Below are positions 1-5,654 of a stretch of DNA of 32,000 nucleotides, piece after piece. Source of the stretch: Telmatocola sphagniphila. GTDB taxonomy: Bacteria > Planctomycetota > Planctomycetia > Gemmatales > Gemmataceae. The stretch is taken from positions 2,670,001-2,702,000 of the forward strand of contig NZ_CP074694.1 in NCBI RefSeq assembly GCF_018398935.1, read 5' to 3'. Position 1 is the first letter of the stretch; every line of letters starts with the position of its first letter. The notes under the pieces are model-generated. The model ran no database searches and was not told the DNA's origin. It saw only the letters and a list, made by a program, of their open reading frames with translations. The translations under genes and the position numbers were made by a program.

Positions 1-1
1 G

Positions 2-2587
2 CGCGAAACCTTCTTCAACATGTTCAAGGACGGCTACATCTACCGCGGCAAACGGTTGGTGAACTGGGATACGCAACTGCAAACCAGCGTGGCCGATGAT
101 GAAACTTACACTGAGGATACGGCTGGGGGATTTTGGACGTTCCGTTATCCCGTGGTTGGGAGTGAAGAATCGATTCGCTTTTCGACCACGCGACCGGAAA
201 CCATGCTCGGCGACTCCGCCCTCTGCGTGCACCCCAGCGATGAACGCTACCAGCATCTGATCGGCAAAAGAGTTTCTTTACCGCATAGCCTGGGTAGGAC
301 GATTCCCATCATCGCCGATGGCTTGCTGGCCGATCCGACGCTGGGTACCGGATGCGTGAAGGTGACACCGGCTCACGATCCGAACGACTATGCTTGCTGG
401 CAGCGAAATCCGCAGATTGAGATCATCAACATCCTCAATCCGGACGGCACCATAAACGCTAATGGAGGTAATTACGCCGGGCAGGATCGTTTCAAGGTTC
501 GCGAAGCGATTGTGAAAGAGATGGAAGAACTCGGGTTTTTTGAAGGCCGGGAAGACCGTACAATTCCTTTGAAATTCAGCGATCGCAGCAAGACGCCGAT
601 TGAGCCCTATCTCTCCGATCAGTGGTTCGTGAAAATGGCTGATCGCGAGGATGGTAAGCCGGGCCTGGCTCAAATGGCGCTCGATGCCGTGACTTCCGGT
701 GCGGTAAAATTTTTCCCCGAAAGATACGCCAAGACCTATCTCGACTGGCTGGGGGAAAAACGCGACTGGTGCATCAGCCGGCAGTTATGGTGGGGGCACC
801 GAATACCTGTATGGACTAAAGTGATTTCATCATCGGATATGAGGTACAAGCTTGAACACGACGAACAATGGTCTGATTTTTTCCTTGCAGGCGAAGCTTC
901 AGAACATCTTATTGCGGTTCAAACTTCGACTGAAATGTACCACGTGACCGGACATAGAAAATCTCACCAATGTTTTGGGGAAGCAATTCAGACTTCAGAG
1001 AAAGAAGAAGTCACATGGTTTATCGCACCTTCACCTTCACAAAGTGACAACCCTAACTTCGTGTCTTGGCTGAATTCGCATGGATTTACGCAAGATTCTG
1101 ACGTCCTCGACACTTGGTTCTCCTCCGCGTTGTGGCCGCATTCGACTCTCGGCTGGCCGGAAGAGACACCCGAGTTCAAAAAGTATTACCCAACCAGCAC
1201 CCTGGTGACTAGCCGCGACATCATCACTTTGTGGGTGGCCCGCATGGTGCTGACCGGCCTCTACAACACCGGCAAAATTCCGTTCCGACATGTTTACGTT
1301 CACCCGAAGATGCTGGATGGATTTGGCGAAACCATGTCCAAATCCAAGGGCAACGGGGTGGATCCGCTCGATATCATCGATATTTACGGCACGGATGCTT
1401 TGCGTTTTGGAATGGCAAGCTTGGCGACCGAAACCCAGGATAGCCGATTACCAGTCAGCAACATCTGCCCTAACTGCGGTACTTCGGTTCCGGTCAAGCA
1501 AGAGCACATGTACATGCGGACGAAGAAGCTGAATTGCCCTTCGTGCAAACAGCCATTCCGTCCGGGGGGTCCCTGGCCCGATGAAGACAAGGAATTGAAG
1601 ACGGCCAAGCAAGGCGCAGAACGCTTCGAACTGGGTCGAAACTTCGCCAACAAGATGTGGAACGCCGCTCGATTCATTTTGATGAATATCGAGCCGGGCT
1701 TTGTGCCTCAAAAACTCGATTACGCAAAGCTCCCGATTGAAGACAAATGGATTCTCAGTCGCTTATCCACGACCTCGCGAGAAATTACCGAACATCTCGA
1801 AAGCTACCGATTCAGCGATGTCGCCAAGCAGATTTACGAATTCACCTGGTCGGAATTCTGCGACTGGTACATCGAAATGGCCAAGGGTCGCACGAAAGGC
1901 GACTCCGCAGAGAGCGTTCAATCGGTACTGGTCGGTGTGCTCGATGGGATTCTGAAACTGGTACATCCCGTGATGCCCTTTGTGGCCGAGAGCATCTGGC
2001 AGGAACTCAATCAACGGGTGCCCAACCGCGGTCTGGAATCTGTCGCCAAAGCCGCCGATTCTGTAATGGTTGCCTCCTGGCCGAGCTATCCGGCGAGTTG
2101 GTCCGATGCCGGGTTGGAAAAACGCTTTGCCCGCATGCAGGAACTGGTGCGCGGCGTGCGCGAGATTCGCAATCGCTATATGATCGATACCCGCACGCCT
2201 TTGGATACGACGGTCATTTGTGCCGAGGAAGTGGCGAGCGATTTCACTGCTCTCGAATTGTTTATCAAGCTTCTGGCGGGAGTGGGCAAACTCGAAAGTG
2301 GACCGGGACTTACTAAGCCGAAACAGGCCGCGACGGTCTTGGCAAGCGACTTTGAGACCTTCGTATCGTTGCAGGGGTTGATTGATCCCGCCGGCGAGGT
2401 GAAACGACTAGAGAAGCAGATCGTCGACAAGAAAAAATCGTTGGAAGGTACCCGAAAGAAACTTTCCGACGAGAAATTCGTATCGCGAGCCCCGGCAGAG
2501 ATCATCGAGCAGCAGAAAGCCCTGATCGTCGATCTCGAAAAGCAGATCGTCAGTTTGGAAGGGATGATTCAGAGCTTTAAGGAGTGA
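2..2587 (+). CDS. valS: Valine--tRNA ligase (ValRS), 5'-partial; the N-terminus lies upstream of the window
   Basis: The frame is open from nt 2 (..ETFFNMFKDGYIYRGKRLVNWD). Class-I aaRS motifs seen: WCISRQLWWGHRIP, DVLDTWFSSALWP, MSKSKGNGVDP (about nt 1334), GTDALRF and NKMWNAARF, plus a C-terminal coiled coil typical of ValRS. Stop TGA at 2585-2587. Confidence 0.97.
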   Translation, partial: RETFFNMFKDGYIYRGKRLVNWDTQLQTSVADDETYTEDTAGGFWTFRYPVVGSEESIRFSTTRPETMLGDSALCVHPSDERYQHLIGKRVSLPHSLGRTIPIIADGLLADPTLGTGCVKVTPAHDPNDYACWQRNPQIEIINILNPDGTINANGGNYAGQDRFKVREAIVKEMEELGFFEGREDRTIPLKFSDRSKTPIEPYLSDQWFVKMADREDGKPGLAQMALDAVTSGAVKFFPERYAKTYLDWLGEKRDWCISRQLWWGHRIPVWTKVISSSDMRYKLEHDEQWSDFFLAGEASEHLIAVQTSTEMYHVTGHRKSHQCFGEAIQTSEKEEVTWFIAPSPSQSDNPNFVSWLNSHGFTQDSDVLDTWFSSALWPHSTLGWPEETPEFKKYYPTSTLVTSRDIITLWVARMVLTGLYNTGKIPFRHVYVHPKMLDGFGETMSKSKGNGVDPLDIIDIYGTDALRFGMASLATETQDSRLPVSNICPNCGTSVPVKQEHMYMRTKKLNCPSCKQPFRPGGPWPDEDKELKTAKQGAERFELGRNFANKMWNAARFILMNIEPGFVPQKLDYAKLPIEDKWILSRLSTTSREITEHLESYRFSDVAKQIYEFTWSEFCDWYIEMAKGRTKGDSAESVQSVLVGVLDGILKLVHPVMPFVAESIWQELNQRVPNRGLESVAKAADSVMVASWPSYPASWSDAGLEKRFARMQELVRGVREIRNRYMIDTRTPLDTTVICAEEVASDFTALELFIKLLAGVGKLESGPGLTKPKQAATVLASDFETFVSLQGLIDPAGEVKRLEKQIVDKKKSLEGTRKKLSDEKFVSRAPAEIIEQQKALIVDLEKQIVSLEGMIQSFKE

Positions 2588-2667
2588 GCTTTCAGCTTTC
2601 AGCTTTCAGCTTTCAGCTTTCAGCTTTCAGCTTTCAGCTTTCAGCTTTCAGCTTTCAGCTTTCAGCT
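2587..2667. repeat. Perfect tandem heptanucleotide array (AGCTTTC) x 11 plus a partial unit
   Basis: Read directly: uninterrupted 7-nt periodicity from the last base of the valS TGA to 2667, with no mismatches. It lies between the convergent 3' ends of valS and truB. Confidence 0.98.
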
Positions 2668-2761
2668 AGGAAATTTTAGTTGAGAGCGAATAGCACCCGG
2701 AGTAATTATTTTGACGGGAAAGCCCCAGTTTAAAATTCTCTCGCTAACCGCTGACCGATAA

Positions 2762-3628
2762 TCAATAATTCTTAAACACCTTCTGGGGATATAAAGTCCC
2801 CTCTTTGCGGCTGACAATCCCCTGAAGAACGCCCTTTTGATCGAAAAGTGCGAGTTCCTCCAAATCGGGTTGCCCAAGCCGATTGAGAAACTGGCCCTGA
2901 TAGAGTTTGGCGATCTCTTCCTCCGAAATCTGCTCGCGAGGCATACCCGCTATCGCACTTTCCATCGGCATCACGGCCCGTTGGATCATTTCAAAATTGC
3001 AATCGACCGGCAGTGGATCTGAAAGATCGAATGGGCCCACTGCTTCGCGTTCGAGTACTTGTACCAGACCGCCACAACCTAATTTCTCTCCCAGGTCGCG
3101 AGCAATCGAGCGGATGTAAGTCCCTTTTCCGCAATGGATGCGGAGTTCCAACTCTGGCCACTGGTACCCGAGAAAGTCAATGCAGTCGATCCGCACAGGT
3201 CGAGGAGTCAGTTCCACCGTCCTGTTTTTTCGGGCTAGCTCGTGGGCTCTTTTGCCATCAATTTTGATGGCGGAAAAGGCGGGAGGTAACTGCTCGATGA
3301 TTCCGACAAACGACTCCAGTTTCTCGCGAATATCGGCTTCTGCTACTGGCGTCTGCCCTGCTCTCTCCGCGATCTCCCCGGCGGCATCGTCGGTGCTGCT
3401 GGTAGCTCCCAACCGAATGACCGTTCGGTAAACCTTCGGCATGTCCTGCAGATATTCAATCAGACGCGTGGCCTGGCCTAGAGCGAGCAGCAGCACGCCA
3501 CTGGCTAACGGGTCGAGGGTTCCCGCATGGCCCAGTTTGGTGCGGCGAAAGAGCAGCTTCTGAATTTCGTTGACCGCCGACCGGGAGGTGGGACCGGAAG
3601 GCTTATTGAGTACCAGGATTCCGTGCAT
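2762..3628 (-). CDS. truB: tRNA pseudouridine(55) synthase TruB
   Basis: N-terminus MHGILVLNKPSGPTSRSAVNEIQ, catalytic-Asp motif GHAGTLDPLASGVLLLALGQATR, GKGTYIRSIARDLG, and a 288-aa length typical of TruB. Confidence 0.95.
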   Translation of the reverse strand: MHGILVLNKPSGPTSRSAVNEIQKLLFRRTKLGHAGTLDPLASGVLLLALGQATRLIEYLQDMPKVYRTVIRLGATSSTDDAAGEIAERAGQTPVAEADIREKLESFVGIIEQLPPAFSAIKIDGKRAHELARKNRTVELTPRPVRIDCIDFLGYQWPELELRIHCGKGTYIRSIARDLGEKLGCGGLVQVLEREAVGPFDLSDPLPVDCNFEMIQRAVMPMESAIAGMPREQISEEEIAKLYQGQFLNRLGQPDLEELALFDQKGVLQGIVSRKEGTLYPQKVFKNY

Positions 3629-3643
3629 GTCGCTCTACCAACG

Positions 3644-3667
3644 AAAAAACCCGCCGAACTCGGCGGG
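3644..3667 (-). terminator. Rho-independent terminator-like hairpin downstream of the ArsR-family gene
   Basis: The minus strand reads CCCGCCGA-GT-TCGGCGGG followed by TTTTTT. It lies 20 nt after the arsR-like stop (3688) and 15 nt before the truB ATG (3628). Confidence 0.65.
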
Positions 3668-3687
3668 TGGGGAAGGTCCAAGTTCGC

Positions 3688-3999
3688 TTACGTCCGAGGA
3701 ATGGCAATTTGGCACCAGCCCAGATCCAGGCTCTTGGGGGCCGAGGGGTCTTCCCGGAAATACTTGGGAGAGAGCGAGTACAGAACGAATCGGCCCTGCT
3801 TTTTATCCTGCACCAGACCGGCCGAGCGCAACACACCCAAGTGGTGAGAGACGTTAACGATGGCCACATCCAGCATTTTGTGAAGTTCGGTGACATTTTT
3901 CGAACCGGCCCAAAGACACTCGATAATGCGTATCCGATTGGGTTCAGCGATCGCCTGGAGTAACTTAGCGCAGTTCTTCGCTTGTTCCAGGTCGGTCAT
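3688..3999 (-). CDS. ArsR/SmtB-family winged-helix transcriptional regulator; the longest ORF extends to 4089, but ATG 3999 is the likelier start
   Basis: LLQAIAEPNRIRIIECLWAGSKNVTELHKMLDVAIVNVSHHLGVLRSAGLVQDKKQGRFVLYSL is a canonical ArsR HTH core. Starting at 3999 (MTDLEQAKNCAKLL..) gives the usual short N-terminus. The 4089 start would overlap an AT-rich palindrome that looks like an operator. Confidence 0.85.
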   Translation of the reverse strand: MTDLEQAKNCAKLLQAIAEPNRIRIIECLWAGSKNVTELHKMLDVAIVNVSHHLGVLRSAGLVQDKKQGRFVLYSLSPKYFREDPSAPKSLDLGWCQIAIPRT

Positions 4000-4086
4000 T
4001 GAGGTGGATCCTTCGGTCAAAGACATATCTAAATATCCAAAAAATAGGGGTTCATCTGGCTGAAATGAACCGAAATTACCAGTGTT

Positions 4087-4104
4087 CATTCATTTATATG
4101 AATG
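4087..4104. promoter_or_regulatory. Candidate ArsR-type operator, inverted repeat CATTCAT-ttat-ATGAATG
   Basis: Perfect 7-4-7 inverted repeat containing TTCA..TGAA half-sites, in AT-rich DNA about 90 nt upstream of the preferred arsR-like start. ArsR/SmtB repressors typically autoregulate through AT-rich imperfect palindromes with TGAA/TTCA cores. Confidence 0.4.
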
Positions 4105-4239
4105 TTAGGGGGGCGGGCAATAGGAATATCCCCGGCAAATAGGCTGGCAATTAAAATGCTATAAGTCCATGACAATTAAAGACTTATAGATTAATGAGTT
4201 TTTCATGTACAATCAGGGAGTCGTACGATCATCCCTGAA

Positions 4240-4467
4240 TCAATTCCTACCGCGCTGACACCAGGGAGCGCCGCAGGAAGGTCCTTCTCCACCGCAGGGT
4301 GTGCTCGAAGCCATTGCCATGACCGGCTTTGCGGGCATACTCAAGAGTTGCCGAAGGTGCTTATTCTGGCAGTCCGGGCAGTGCAAGTCTTCTCGATCCT
4401 GATCGTTACGGATTAAAATTTCAAAATCTTTCTGACACGGATCGCAGTGATAGTCGTAAATTGGCAT
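4240..4467 (-). CDS. FmdB-family (CxxC_CxxC_SSSS) zinc-ribbon protein
   Basis: MPIYDYHCDPCQKDFEILI...LHCPDCQNKHLRQLLS is the hallmark MPxYxYxCxxC...CPxC arrangement. The C-terminus is Cys/Gly-rich. The gene starts 11 nt after the upstream rhomboid-like gene ends. Confidence 0.8.
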   Translation of the reverse strand: MPIYDYHCDPCQKDFEILIRNDQDREDLHCPDCQNKHLRQLLSMPAKPVMAMASSTPCGGEGPSCGAPWCQRGRN

Positions 4468-4478
4468 CGCTAATACCT

Positions 4479-5423
4479 CTAATCGCTTTTCCTTCGCTTT
4501 TTGTAGATTTCACTCGCCCGAAAGAGCAATTCTCGCTCTTCGTCCGTCAGGCTGGCCTGCCCCTGCTTCTGGACTTTATCCAGCACCTGATCGAGCCGGG
4601 CTTCCAACTGTTCATCGGTTGCAATTTTGATGTTGGGGGAACTCCGATTCGGCTCAGCTACAGATATCGGCTCGGATCGTTGGGAATTCGGTTTGGATTT
4701 CTCCCGGTATACCCTCAGCTGAGATTGCGAGTCCCGTTTTGCAAAGACGTTTAGTCGATTCAGGATTTTGAAAATCCGCCAATTGTTTCGTTTATAGAGA
4801 ACCGCAAAGATGATACTCGTAAGGTCGGCGCCGAGATTGACGGGGGGGTGTCCATCAGAAACGTTCATCAAATCAATTGCGACCAAGAGACCGATGCAAA
4901 TCCAGATGGGGACTGGGAGTACGAAAAAAAGCAAAATCTGGGTTCGCGGGTAATGCATTGCATAAAGCGTCAGAAGACTAACCATCGGAGTTGCGGCCAA
5001 GAACAGAATAATCGGCTCCTGAAGTGTCAGGCTGATTGCAAAGGCCACTACCGATCCGAGTAAACCGGCCGAGAGAAAAAAACTGACAAATTCCCGATCG
5101 CCATAAATCAGGCAAATTTCTTTACCGGCCCACCAAAGCGTGAACAAATTACAGAGCACTCCAAGCAATCCATACGGATTACTCAGGAATAAACCCGTGA
5201 ACAGCCGCCAGATCTCCCCCTCCCGGATCGATTCGCTTTCAAAGATCATCCGCGAGGTGAAAGGGCCTATTCCCCGAGGGGGGAGTTGTTTTGTGAAAAC
5301 TTCAGTAAGGAAAACCACTGAATAAATCACTACAAGCGTCTTAACAACCGATCCGGCGGAAAGGAGGTTTCCAAACGATCCTGCCGTGTCTTTCCTGTAA
5401 TAATCTCGATCCTGGATTCCCAT
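4479..5423 (-). CDS. Rhomboid-family membrane protein, possibly catalytically degenerate, with a C-terminal soluble helical tail
   Basis: Six predicted TM segments with a rhomboid-like layout: a WR motif (EIWRLFTGLF), a TM2 Asn (LCNLFTLWWAG), and a PRTQILLFFVLPVPIW segment. I could not find the expected GxSG or AHxxGxxxG motifs (see findings). Confidence 0.75.
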   Translation of the reverse strand: MGIQDRDYYRKDTAGSFGNLLSAGSVVKTLVVIYSVVFLTEVFTKQLPPRGIGPFTSRMIFESESIREGEIWRLFTGLFLSNPYGLLGVLCNLFTLWWAGKEICLIYGDREFVSFFLSAGLLGSVVAFAISLTLQEPIILFLAATPMVSLLTLYAMHYPRTQILLFFVLPVPIWICIGLLVAIDLMNVSDGHPPVNLGADLTSIIFAVLYKRNNWRIFKILNRLNVFAKRDSQSQLRVYREKSKPNSQRSEPISVAEPNRSSPNIKIATDEQLEARLDQVLDKVQKQGQASLTDEERELLFRASEIYKKRRKSD

Positions 5424-5654
5424 GAGGGCCCCCGTCCTGTGAATAATTTCATTCTTACAGACAGGACTATTGTCCGCCAGCAGATTTCAATTTTCCGCAA
5501 AGGCAAACCGGATATTTCTCCCGGTTCGAGCGTTTAATTTGGACGCCCGTTTCAGCATATCGTAGAAAACCTACTGTATTATTCGCCATCACTGGGCCAA
5601 CGATCGGCGAATCCGGATAATATCACCGCCATCATCCGACCGGATCGATTGCAC

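Noticed and set aside
2733-2745. A 13-mer, AAATTCTCTCGCT, shared between the valS/truB spacer (about 2733) and the symporter 3' end (about 8689).
   Set aside because: By my rough estimate, several 13-mer coincidences are expected by chance in 32 kb when both strands are considered. There is no extended similarity around either copy.
4213-4238. Hairpin TCAGGGA-gtcgtacgatca-TCCCTGA immediately 3' of the FmdB-like stop, considered as a terminator.
   Set aside because: No U-tract follows it on the minus strand, so I do not call it an intrinsic terminator. It may still be an RNA-stability element.
5649-5654. TTG-initiated N-terminal extensions in the track for tex (5649), the aguB-like gene (10971) and the kinase::HD-GYP gene (12969), and ATG-initiated extensions for the cytochrome-like (12789), fliA (15215) and wzc-like (30524) genes.
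   Set aside because: Downstream ATGs give N-termini matching family expectations: a signal peptide, conserved first motifs, or an RBS for fliA. The extensions look non-coding.
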